Positions 1 through 13,000 of a DNA stretch of 64,000 nucleotides are shown piece by piece. This stretch comes from Mytilus californianus (taxonomy: Eukaryota). The translations under genes were made by a program, and so were the position numbers. The stretch's first letter is position 1. Each line of letters starts with the position of its first letter. The notes beneath the pieces are model-generated. The model was not told the origin of the DNA. It did no database searches and was given only the letters and a program-made list of their open reading frames with translations. Where the stretch lies: contig NW_026262745.1 of NCBI RefSeq assembly GCF_021869535.1, positions 24,428,001-24,492,000 of the forward strand. The letters run 5' to 3'.

Positions 1-559
1 AGATAGTACCACCGTGTCCTATAACTATTTTCTTGACTTAAAACACTCAGTATGTCCACATTCTATGACAACCACTAGCTCGTAGTCTTTATTCAATACC
101 GTTTCAATTCAACTCTTATTCTAACCTTCAGCGCACCCATCGCACATTCTTTGAAAGATCATGTTAAGCGTTTAGTGATGCTATTGATTTATTCAGTCGG
201 TTGTCCATTGAATTAATACAAGCTTCCCATGAAGGGTTGAGACAAAAAAAAAGAATGAACAATTTTAGTGTGAATGCGCCTTGAAATACAAATGAGAAAT
301 TTTTTACATTCTACTGCAAAGTTTTCGGCATCTTAAGGTGCAAACGATTAATTTTATATCATGCGCGGATATGATTGACGGTTTTGCTTGGCGTCGAGTG
401 ACAAATAGTTCATGCATATTCGGACGAGAACAAATCAGCAATAATTCAATAAGCATGATAAGAGGAACGACTAGGAAGAATATGATGAAGAACAGAAATT
501 TCGAATGCAACTCGAAAATGAATTTTTTGCCATCAAACCCCTGAAAGAGTTGTTGCAAG

Positions 560-560
<1 letters not shown>

Positions 561-604
<44 letters not shown>
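561..604. repeat. (TA)n microsatellite
   Basis: Uninterrupted TA run of about 22 units. Confidence 0.95.
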
Positions 605-606
<2 letters not shown>

Positions 607-676
607 TAACGTAAAGGAGATGTGGCATCGGACGTGGCTGCGTGTTTATACATTCAGCACAATGAAGCGAATATAA

Positions 677-830
677 ATAAGAAGATGTGGTATGAGTGCC
701 AATGAGACAACTCTATAACCAAGTTAAAATTTGTAAAATAAAAAATTATAGGTCAAAGTACGGCCTTCAACATGGAGCCTTGGCTTACACCGAACAGCAA
801 GCTATAAAGAATACCCATTTACTGCCAGAT
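677..830 (+). mobile_element. Abundant short interspersed repeat (aagaagatgtggtatgagtgccaatgagacaactc family)
   Basis: The same motif recurs near 8540, 41905 and 51830, and inverted near 47400-47535, 48470-48560 and 54745-54812. Confidence 0.7.
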
Positions 831-3800
831 GGAAGAAGTCCATATATGTTATACTCCATTGCTTGGTATAATTTTTATACTGGATATGATAAATTAATTA
901 GCAACACACTGGCACAAAAGTCTTGTCCATGCAAAATCATGATTTGTAGAATATTTGTCATACAATAATGGAATTTTCCAATGTACTTTAAAGCAATAGC
1001 TTTAAACATTAGCTTGGTTAAAAAAAGGGACATGTCGGTGAAAAGAGAACCATAATTATTTCTAATGGGATTGCATATGGTCTCAGTTGAAAATAAAACG
1101 TCAACCTAACATAATAATAAAAAAACATTTGGTCAATAAAAAAAAATCAAACATCATGTCAGTTTCACAGTTTCAACATTTTTGTCGAATTAAGAGTTTT
1201 TTTAAAATATGATTTGTCCGTTCCTAAAGCAAGACATTTGTTTTTACTATGGCCTCTTAAAAAAAGATGGACTTATAAGTCTACTTAGACTTTAAATTGA
1301 TAATGAGGAATACGTGTGTGTATCTTTTATTTGACACAGTAGATGTAAACCTCCATGCATGTTGCGAGACTTTATGATTTCGGTCGTTGTGTAATCAAGT
1401 AACAATCCATTATGCGATTTATTTTAATTAAAACTTTTCAAAATATGTTACAGTTTCGAGTATTTTTTATTTATTTTCATATTCGTTTTAATTAATCATT
1501 TTATAATTATGTTTATTTCTAAAGGAATATATGTAACGGATCTCCGTGAACTATGACAAAGTATTAAGTAAACACGGGGTATTTTCCAAATACATGTAGC
1601 TAACTTAGCCAAATCAAAAACTCGTCAAAGATAAAACTCTGAAAGATTTCAACTTGAAATGATAACGGAAAAGTGTGAGAAATTAATAATATATATACGG
1701 TCAGATTACACGCATCACTCCCTGTGGAGAACAGTCTTAATTAGCTACTTGAATCACACAAATCAATGTTGGTATCCCGGGGTGTGTAGGTTTATGCAGT
1801 ACATGTAGTTGAAAAAGTTAATTCGTAAATATCTTTGTTAAAAACATATTTTAAACTTTATCATAGTATTGGGAAGTTTATGTGTTTTTCAGGGAAGATA
1901 TTATTGTTAGTTAGCTTATGGTTATGGAAAAATTATGGAATAATAATTACTAGTATTGAAATTTTAATAATTAAAAAAAATCATGTCATTTGTTGTGTTA
2001 AAAATATAGTTGGTGCAACCAAAGAACCTAATCCAATTGATGTTTTATATGGTCACGATATATGGAATAACGATGAAGATTCTTCTTTTATGTCATAAAT
2101 CCGAAGGATTTTAATTTCCACATGCATGCATCCGCTACAATAACACCAGTCTAATCTAATAATAATACGTGTGTATTTTGTCAAAGATTTTCTTTGAAGC
2201 TTTAAGCAAATTTATTTTTGTCATAATAATGAAAAATATATTAAGATTGTTAATTGTTGGAAGTTCACTTTTCAACATAATGATTCCATTGTATACTTCA
2301 TCCTCTCTCATGATTGAAAAGTGGAAAACACAAAAAAAAAAAAAAAAAATATACCTTGTGTATTGCAAGTATTGCTACTTTAATGTAGAGTAAACATGTA
2401 TACATTCACAATTATATTGTTTATCAAAGTCTTAAAGGATATAATCATACCGATTCATAAAAGTATAAGTGTTTGCCGATGACTTCGTAACCAAGCGTGT
2501 AAAATTCTCTATTCCATGACAAATTAAAGAATTTTCAATTTTCAACCATAAAAAGACGGGAGAATTACAAAAGTTAATTTTTAGGCAAAAATATCATTTT
2601 ATTTCCCTGTCTTTGGAGATTATAAAAATATCGACGACGAAATAAGAAAATAACGAATACTATTTGTTATTGAAACAAATAGATGTCAGGGATTCGCAAA
2701 ACAATGCCTTCTCTGTATACATTAAACGGGCTACTTCGCTATTTATGGTAGCAAATTTTAAATCAAAAGTGACGGATGTTTAAAATATCTTATTTTCATA
2801 AAATTTACATCATTACACAGTTTTAAACTTTAACTAACTTTATTTAACGGCGCGAAGAAGATATTCAAAAGTTAACATAAAGTAATACGGGTATAAAAAC
2901 TATTTGCCCATACAAATCTATAGTAAAATTAATCGCCGTCTGTGGACAATTACTAGCGCATGCGCATTAAAGACCGAACGAATTCTTGTACATGACTAGT
3001 ATTACATTTTTATGGATTTTATTGTGGTGCTTTGAAATGCTGTAAATAGAATTTTACTCCGTGATTTTAGTGGATGTAAACAGAGTGCACAAATATCTCT
3101 TAAATTGACTTATCCTGCTCGAAATTCTACTCCCACCTTCCCTTTGTGAGCAGGGGACAACAGTTATATAAATGTTATAATTGACAATTCATAACATATG
3201 TACAACTTGCTAACGGAAGAGGTTTATATGATAAATATGCTTTCACCTATAATCTACCTGTACACAATCGGCGCAAATGAAAGACAAAATCGGCGCAAGT
3301 GATGAAAGAAAAATATGAAATGCAGATCGGCGCAAATGCAAAAAGCCGAGTTCAAAATTTATATTTTTATTATTATTTTTATTAGAACGACGGAGGTTAC
3401 AGATAGTGTAGTATCTTTTGTGTCCATTTGTATTTAATTTCTTCTAGGTCTCAGTGCGACGCTTAATTCCACTTTTCTTGGAAGACGTAGTTTTTTAAGC
3501 GTACACCATGTTGAAATCCGTGAAAAACGCGAAATAGGACGTTATAATTTGACGTTTTTTTCATGGCTAGAAACAACGTCATAGAGCTTTTATGTCACTA
3601 CCAAGTTGCGTTAGTTGATGCGCATCAACAATAGGCTGTTTGGTCTTTAAAGTAAGTTTAGCACAAATCAGATATACGTATATGGACGATGAAAAATGTT
3701 TCACATGTTTTTAAAGTTATATCGCGTTTAAAAAAATAATCTCAACTAAGAATGTTTCAAATTTAAACACTTTCCGTTGCAAATATATGCATTTGTCTCA

Positions 3801-6345
3801 CAAGTTCGAAAGGAGCTCGATGACAACCTGTTTTTGTTTTTATGAATACATGATGGAGATTTCGGGTATACGTCAATGAGATAGCAACACAACGACATAA
3901 TGATTACATACATCTAGAGGTCAACTTACAGTCTTTAAATATGCACAGCCTCCGATAGTTAAAGGCATTATATTTTCCGATTTGTCCGTCCTTCTGTCTG
4001 TTAGTCCGTCCGTTAAAGTGAGGTTAAAGTGGTAATTTTTAAGGTAGGTTAAAGTTTTGGTTTAAGGTACTATGTGGCACATTAATTTGAAATTGGATAC
4101 ACATATTCATTCGTAGATTAGTCTGTTCGTCCCGCATCCACGTTAAAGGTTTTGTTAAAGGTCCTTTGTGGTCATATCAACTTGAAACTTGGTACACATG
4201 TTCATTGTGAAGTTACCGTTTTTTAATTATATGCCAAATTAGGGTTTCGATCCAGATTTCGAGGTTCACATACAAACGCTTTTCTTTTGTTTATCGGTGT
4301 ATCTCTTCAACTTATGGTTTTGTATTGTCTCTTGTTATTTTTTTGCTTATGTAATGTATAACCTGGCAAACCTGGTATCTATGATGTGTTTTCTTGACGT
4401 CCCTATCGTGACCTTGATATGCTGATTAAAATAGAAAAAGTTGTAACTTGAACCAAAAAAGATCTTTTTTACCATTACAAACAGTTTAAAAATGATTACA
4501 TAAAATTAATTACGATACTTTTTATGCCAAGAACTATTTGTAGACAAGCATACAATCTAAAAATCTTACGTATGTTTAGATATCTTTTCTTTCAGAGTTT
4601 ACTGACAAAGAGTCTAAAGACAGACAACGGTTTAACATCCCCATAATGTTTTATGACAGAAGATTTTTGTTGGCGATCGTATAGAATGTTTGGCAAAATT
4701 TTACTTACTTTCTATTTTGAAGTCCTCCATGTTTGTGATATAAATGATTTCTCGGTATTAGACCAGATATGCATGGTTAGTGACCTTATTTGAACAAACA
4801 GATTAAATGGTGAAACGATTAAGACAAAGCAAATCTTTTGTAAAAAAAAATATATATTTTATTAAAAATAATATTTTGTCACCATAAATGTAATCGTTTT
4901 TTACTCATTAATGCAAGCAACTGAAAACGGAAGTAATATGTGTGTATTACTAGGGGGCTTTCCACTAGTTTACTTTTGGTTTTAAATTTTACCTTTGAGC
5001 GAGGTAACCATGTCAGGTAGAAAAGATAAAAGGTAATTAACCATAACTTTAGCCTAAACTAAGTTTACAATGCTGCATACGGATATATTAGCGTGTTTAA
5101 ATGATTCATATAGTGTCGTATTTCTATTCTCAAAATATACTTTGGATTTAGATACTTTTTGCATCATGTCTTTGTATAAAAAATAAAGTGTATTCACTTC
5201 ACTATATACAACTCCGAATTCTTGTTTTTCGCATATACAAAATAAGTATTTCCATACCAGAAATATATTGCACAATATTGGTGTAAACGATCTAAAGCCT
5301 GTTTGAGTTTAATAAATCTTCCAAAATCAATTATCAATATCGTATTGTTTATTTTGTAGTGAATATTTATCTAGATAGTATGCCAGATCATGCAACCTCT
5401 GGCAATTTTACCGAGTCTGTTGTTCAATTAATTAAAAAGCTATCCGTTAGGTTCAATAATTAGCAATATTTAAAAAGTAAATAATCAGTTAGCAATGGTT
5501 AAGGAATGGATGAACTGACCGTGACAGCGCCTGATAACAATATATTATTAATAATTTAAATATCCGAAGGGTTCATCTTTCTTCGTCAAGTGTAGTATTA
5601 TTTATACAATATATATATTTGTACAATACAAATACAGTCTCTTTGTATCCTGCTTCATTATTGAGCGTTAATTAATATCAAAATTTACCATTTACGCCAC
5701 AGGTCATTTTCATGTCTTCTTAACAAGCTGCATTTCCAACCGGAACCCCTTTCCCACTTGCAAAAAAATAATAGAATTGTTGCCAAAAAATATTGTAGCT
5801 TTGCAAAATCTTTTTAAATTTTATTCAAAGAGCATCAAGGTTAACATCTCTGTCATTAAGTGGATTTTTTAAGATAATTCAATTTATAGTTATGTAATCT
5901 AACTCAAATATTTGAAAGCCATTGTATTACCTTAATACGTGTGAAATTGTATGACCAAAATTCAATTCAATTTATAGAACTCAAAGGAACTATATATTTA
6001 CTCTGGAAATATGTAAGTTAGTGAATAATGCTTTTGTGCTAAATCAATGTACGATGAAAATGCGGATTAGAAATACACCACACGAGCTAAAACTTGACTG
6101 AAAAGTAAGGGTCAAGATAACTGATGAGCACTGGCTGTGTTGACCAAAATAGAATTTATAAAACGTAACTATACTGCCAAGTGAAAAGATGTTTTCGATA
6201 CAAGATGATATTGACGGCGGGTTTGTTATTACTGTATCTCTAATTCTTTCCTGTTTATACTTTTCCCAATCGTTTGGATATTTTTTTTTACAATCAACTC
6301 GTTTGAGATCATTTCTTCACTGATCGAAATTCGCACATTTTCTCT

Positions 6346-6667
6346 GAATTTCCAATTGTGACGTCACGAAAAAGAGCGACCATGCCTGATGGTCTTCATA
6401 ATCGTTAAGTTTTCTTTTTATCACAAAAAAATGGGTTTTCTATGTATTATAATCTATACAAAATCAGACCATGGCAATTTTGCACAACTTGTAGCTTGAT
6501 AAAAAGAATTTCCAATTGTGACGTCACGTAAAGAGCGAGGTCATGCCTTATGGTCTTCATAATCGTTAAGTTTTCTTTTCATCACAAAAAATGGGTTTTC
6601 TATGTATTATAACTATACAAAATCAGACCTTGGCAATTTTGCACAACTTGTAGCTTGATAAAAAGAA
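6346..6667. repeat. Two-copy 160-bp tandem duplication within a repeat remnant
   Basis: tttccaattgtgacgtcacg starts at about 6349 and 6509. Confidence 0.9.
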
Positions 6668-6978
6668 ACAGTGACCTATATGTTTTACTGTATTTTCTAA
6701 AAAAAAGCATGATTTGAACTGCATTTTGGCAAATTATGAAAAAAATTCTATCGATTTTAGTTTAGACCCCCATCTACCTTAAATACAAAAATTGAACCGT
6801 CTCGATTTGAGAAATATCGCATCTCGCTCGATGCAGTGATAGAATATATATTCACATCAACTGTTTCTTCCAAAATGCATATATATTATGTTGCGTCTCC
6901 AATCACAGATAGCATAAGCTAAGAAGATAATAAGTACCTACACATTGCTTATATAACTACATTTTATACTATCCGTAG

Positions 6979-7056
6979 GGGAAACAAGGGTCCGACTCTA
7001 GCTGATTATCAGGCTGATGCACAGAGATTGAGGAGAGAAAGAGATACTCTTTATCT
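6979..7056 (+). CDS. MIEAP-like paralogue 1 exon (GNKGPTLADYQADAQRLRRERDTLY)
   Basis: ccgtag acceptor, gtaagt donor; phase 2 at both ends, like paralogue 2 exon 20158-20232. Confidence 0.7.
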
Positions 7057-10000
7057 GTAAGTACAAAGTCTTTATATGCATATGATTAACAAAAAAGTCC
7101 TGTTTACATTATATATCAATCAGCACTTTTCTACAAATTTTCTCTCGATTTGTTTCATATTTTTTTATCTGTTCTTTATTTTAAGACGTATTGTTCGCAT
7201 GTTTATTCTATACTTTCGTTTTTTATTGTATTGAGATGAGAACCTGGTAAATGATTAATTTGCACAAATTGGATTGAAATATTAAAGGAGCATTAGCTGT
7301 CGAATTCATGCAATATGCATATCCAAATTACAAAAAGTCTAAAATAACCAATGCATGGACTCGATAATATGTATCAACATTTCGTGTGTATTTTTCAATT
7401 GTCTAGACGTCATCTAATTAACCATCGAGATGACCTCCGAAGACTACCGACGGTCATATAACCCGATATAAACATAAATATAAACAGATAGCAACCACGT
7501 GCAATTGGATTTTCCTAGGTCTGTTTGATTTCATATTGTAGGTTAAAGCGTATGTTTATTATCGTTTCTACCTGTATAAGAATGATTTTTTTGTGGGTCG
7601 AATCAGTCAACTAAATGGTTCATCCTTGTTTCACTTTCAATGTTGATATTTTTTTCCATTTAATAGCTGAATACATGCGTAACCCATCTGCAGGTAAGAG
7701 GTTAAATTGAAGGTCATATGAATACAGATTCAATGAAATCGAATTATTCACTTGCACTTGGCTGCTAAAAGCGAATTATTATTTCACTATATCACTTTCA
7801 TTAACGATTGAACTAAAAATATCATATTCTATTATTTTTTTGTATCTTTAACAGATGGGAATTGTCAAACGTTGGAAATGTTTCTAAAAACTTACACACA
7901 AACCGATATTTTCTCCAATTCAACTTTTAAGATATGATAGTGGAAGAATTTAATGCGAAATATCATATTTTAAGTAGCATATCTAATGTTTTTAAAGCCC
8001 ATACCATATAGTAAGCTATAAATGGCCTTGGGAAAATAAAATGTGAAATAATTCCTAGAAGAAAAAAAACTATTATCTGATTTATTTACAGGCAAAACCC
8101 ATCTTTCACTATATAATGTTTTTTTACAGACAAACGCAGTATGATGCTGAATATATAAGCAAGTTGCACCTCAACTACAAAGTATTAGAGCACCAACTAA
8201 AGACGCTTAAGGACCAAAAAAGTGACCTTGAAAGGACGCATAATAAAACTATGAAGGTATTGGTACACAATGAAAAAGAAGCAGTTATAGTAACACTGAA
8301 AGAAGATATAACACGTCTCCAGGGTGAAAGAGATGACAGGGACAAACAGATCGCAGACCTGAAGGCTGATAAAGACGAACTACAAACTAAGTAAAAGATT
8401 AATAAATATATAAGTGAATCATGCAGAATAAAATAAAACATTATAGAAAATGAAAACAGTAAAAATAAAAATATTAAAATCACATCGTCTTTTATTAACA
8501 CAAATGTCCTAACATCATAATAAAAATATAAAAATACGAAGATGTGATATGATTGCCAAACGAGACTATCCACCAGAGAACAAATGCCAAGGATATAAAC
8601 TTAGTTAACTAAAGGTCACCATACGGCCTTCAACAATGATGAAAACGCATACCGTATAGTAAGCTATAAAAGGCCCCTGAATGACAAAATGTGAAACAAT
8701 TAAAGAAAAGAAAACCAACGACTTGGTACAGGCACATTAAGAATGTGGCGGGCTAAATTATGTTTGTGAGTGCTTACCTGGGACAGTGGTGTAACTGCAC
8801 AACATAAAACCAAATTGTAAAGATCAGTTGTAAAGGGTCTGACTCACCAGTAAAAATGTTTCAGCTTTTTGTAAATGCCGCAAAAATAGGTAAAAAGCAT
8901 TATTCAGGGGCAATAATCCTATATGGATTCGACTGACCATTTACTGCTATGTAGACTTACTTGTAGACCCTATTGTGTTGACATAGTTTGTGTTATTTAT
9001 AGTTTCTATCTACATGTAAGAATATAGTTTTTGCGAAAAACATAAAACAGATCAAATCCGTCATTCAAGGGCAATAACTCCCATAAGAAGATGATTTCGA
9101 CCATATTAACTTATTTGTACATCATATTATTGCTGGTCACTTTTGCTATTTACAGTTTCTCTCTGTCTGCTATATTTTGTACACACACAAAAACGCTTCT
9201 TTTTTTTTAAAAACCCGTCATTCAAGGGCAATAACCCATATGAAATGTCGACTGATGATTAATGGCCGTATTGACATATTTTGCTAATCATGTTTTCTTT
9301 CAACATTTTCCCGAATACAAGTATTAAGTGTTCATGACTATATAGTAACACATTTTTAGGTATGTTTTAAATTATCAAAAGCAAAATCAAGTTATAACCG
9401 ACAAAGAAAGTATTCAAAACTCTTACTTGATAACTTTTCAGAATTTTGTTCGAAGAATCAATGCATTTACATTTATAGTGTCTATCTTTTAGGACTCTTT
9501 AAATAACATTACTGTAGTGAGGTTTCTACAATCTGATTAAAGCACAGATCCTCTCTCCAAGCCTTTTTTTTGTAAGCAAAAATTGCACACAGGATCTGTA
9601 TCTTAATCAGATTGGAGGTTTCTACATGTAAAGCCAAACTTTCAATCCAAATCTTTGTATCTATGATAAAATATAGTACAGTTTTAAGTTATTTGTGGTA
9701 ACGAAATGCGTGACGAAATAATTTATCATTTATATATGCATTACTTTCATTGAAATCTAAAGACACGTATACGTAACTTTCCGAGCAAATGGCGTGAATA
9801 CATAATCTACAGTTTTGTCAGTTGTATAATAAACGCATGATACATATAACTATTTCATTTTTACATAGATTACATCAAATTTGACAGCAATGAATAAAAA
9901 ACATCATTGCTCTACCATCAAGGCAATACGTTTATTCGTATGAATCAAGATTTATACAGTTTGATCCACATGCAATATTCTTATCAGTTTAAAAAGCGCG

Positions 10001-13000
10001 TCTCCCATAAACATATATCATATGTATTTTATCTTAGTCAATGCGATGCATGCACCTTTTTTTAATCAAAATTGGTTCATATTCTAGACTCAGTAAAGTT
10101 GCTGGGGAAAGGATGCTCGATAAAAATCCGCAAATAGCAGACCTGGGTGATTCACGTCGGCCACAGAAACTGGTGGAAATGATATCTATTCTGTATGATA
10201 ACAAATGGACAGACGCATTTGAGAAATCAGAAGATAAGGGCGACGAAAAAGATATTTGTATACACCTATTGGATATATTTAAGGTTATTTTCTTACTTCT
10301 TTCTGAAAAAGTCACTTTCTGTATATAAAATGATTGTTGTTTCATTTTGCATTGAAAGGGATAGATATAACACTTAATTCCATGTATGTTTGCTTCTATA
10401 CATGAATCAAAAAAATCTTTTGAACATTTTTACTTATCGTATAAGTTATACCCATACATGATATATGTAAAATTTATATCAATAAAACAAATAAACGGGG
10501 CAACAATTGTTTCAACTTTTTCAAGTTTCAGAACTTAAATGTTTCTTCGACTGACATGCAATATATCTTCGGGGCTTGCTCTTTAAAACCAGTTTGATCC
10601 ATGTTGAACAACCGTTCTTCCGTTCTTCCGCTGTTTTGTATATGTTTATTAAAAATATATCAACCTTTATAATGAGAACTTTTGCATACAAAGACAGCCA
10701 ATAGTATATACATGAAGACACTAGACACAATGATGTTTCTATAACAGTAACCAACTATTACAGACATGAAATAAGTACAGATTACATAACAATACGTAGA
10801 ATAAAAATGGCACCTATCTTTTTCAGTTTTACATTCTTCCAAATTGAACAAATTGTTATGTTATGTTTTTGAGAACATTATAAATAGTTCCGAATGCGTT
10901 GAGTTTCACAGTGTTAAAGAAATGTTGATCATTCACAAAGTCTAAATATTGTTAAACGTTTTTTATAGGCATGTTGGAATTTCTGCAAAGAAACCTGTGA
11001 AAAACAGTCCAAAATTTTAGAGCAAAACATACTTCTTGCATCAGAAAACAAGGTGATATTTTGTTTGTAGGAATAAATCTTCCGACAAAAAAATGCTATA
11101 CGCATAGGACATTGCAATATTTTTCGGAGTTAAAGAAAGGTTTTCTTGAAAATTTATATCATATTCTCATCTAAAGTAGCACAATCAAAATGATACTACT
11201 AGCCAATAATAGTAATGGGGTTGCTATCCAGGAAAGAATCCCCAACACGAAGCTTGAGGTCATCACCGGATGGGTTTTCGGCAACCGGATAATGAATTTT
11301 ATTTTTCAGTGACACGCCTTTCTCGGATTAGAGGTTTTATCATAAGTCGTTAGTATTATATACATGTATATTATTTGCAGTCTACAGAAAGAGTTTTTTT
11401 CATGGCCAACAGTCATAATTCGTAAAAAGAATAAAAAATGTATCATCATCCCAAAGTTTGGTAGCAATTGGTCATTTACTAGTACACGAGAGAATTTTTT
11501 TTAAGTGACAGCGGTGGCGATAACTCCTAAGGTGGATAATTAACGTCAATTGTAAATGTTAGTAGTTATATGATTTTCAGCATTTTTATAAAAAAAAATA
11601 TTTTCGTTGATTTTTCTATTGGTCTTATTTTTCAAATGGTGGCTACGTTAGTTGTTCAGTGTGAACATCTAATATAACATGTATAATTCAAAATAAGACA
11701 CCATACGAATGGGTTCCGTCAGATAGTCGAGGGATAGCTTAAAGATTCACTCAAATTAATAACCATTGTATCTCACACAGTTATAGTTAGTTAAAAATTA
11801 CTCATTTATGTATTTTCTCAACAAAAAACTACAGACAGATAGACAGACAGAAAAGTAAACAAAAATACCGAACGCCAAGACAAATTCAAAAAGGGAAAGT
11901 CCATAAAAACTGACAAAATCAAACGCTATCAATCAACGAAACAAGTGAAAAATAACTGCCACATTCCTGGCTTGGTACAGGCATTTTCCGAAGACAAATA
12001 GAGAGACAAACAGACAGACGAACGAACGGATGGGTCGATAGATATTGAAGACAGAGATCACTGGAGATACATTGTCTCCTTCTTGTAATGTTTCTTATTT
12101 TAGGAGGGTTTGTATGCCTTGTCACCAGGAAGTTCAAAGTTACTGACTGAAATCCGAAAACGCTCAGCTAAAGAAATGTTGCCTAATTTGTACGAGGTTG
12201 GTACACTATTAAATAATAGCTTAATTGAGAAATCTTTCGATTCTCGATTCACCCCCTTGACACAAGGCAATATTTATATTTTGTCACTATATACACAAAT
12301 AAGTTAAAAGACATCAAAAGGTAAACAAATACAACATACTAAAAAAGTACTGTTGACTTCTATGTAGATGAAATAAATTACCTACGTAAATAAAGACAAC
12401 AGTAGTATACCGCTGTTCGAAACTCATAAATCGATAGAGATAAAAACAAATCCGGGTTACAAACTAAAGCAGAGGGAAACGCATCAAATATAAGAGGAGA
12501 TCAACGACACAACAAAAACACAACATTAAAATGTAACACACACAGAAACGAACTATAATATAACAATGGCCATTTTCCTGACTTGGTACAGGACATTTTA
12601 AGAAAAAAAATGGTGGGTTGAACCTGGTTTTGTGGCATGCCAAACCTCCCGCTTTTATGGCAATGTTAAATATAACATTAAAATGACAACATTACATGAC
12701 AGGATTACAATACAAATGAATGGGAGAACATATAGGACAAAGAAACACACGAATAATAGCTAACAAAAGGCACCAGGTTTAAAATCCAATACGCCAGACG
12801 TGCGTCTCGTCCACACAAGACTAACCAGTGACGCTCAGATGAAAAAAAGTTTGAAAGCCAAAACAAGTACAAAGCTGAAGAGCACCGAGGACCAAAACTT
12901 ACAAAAAGTTGCGCCCAACACGGCCAGGGTTTTCTGCCTGGGACAAGAACATCCTTATTATTTAGAATAATTTATAATATTGCAAACAGTAAATTTTATA

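Noticed and set aside
304-558. Minus-strand 84-aa ORF with a hydrophobic stretch, and the overlapping plus-strand ORF 338-544
   Set aside because: No recognisable domain, it abuts a (TA)n microsatellite, and no supporting exon chain was found; hydrophobic Phe/Ile runs are expected in AT-rich DNA
4596-4629. Candidate upstream exon of MIEAP-like paralogue 1 (FTDKESKDRQR, ends in phase 2)
   Set aside because: Phase-compatible, but the donor (gtttaa) is weak and there is no homology support; left out of the gene model
10521-10851. Two overlapping minus-strand ORFs inside a MIEAP-like intron (possible nested gene)
   Set aside because: No motif, the frames do not join cleanly, and no partner exons were found
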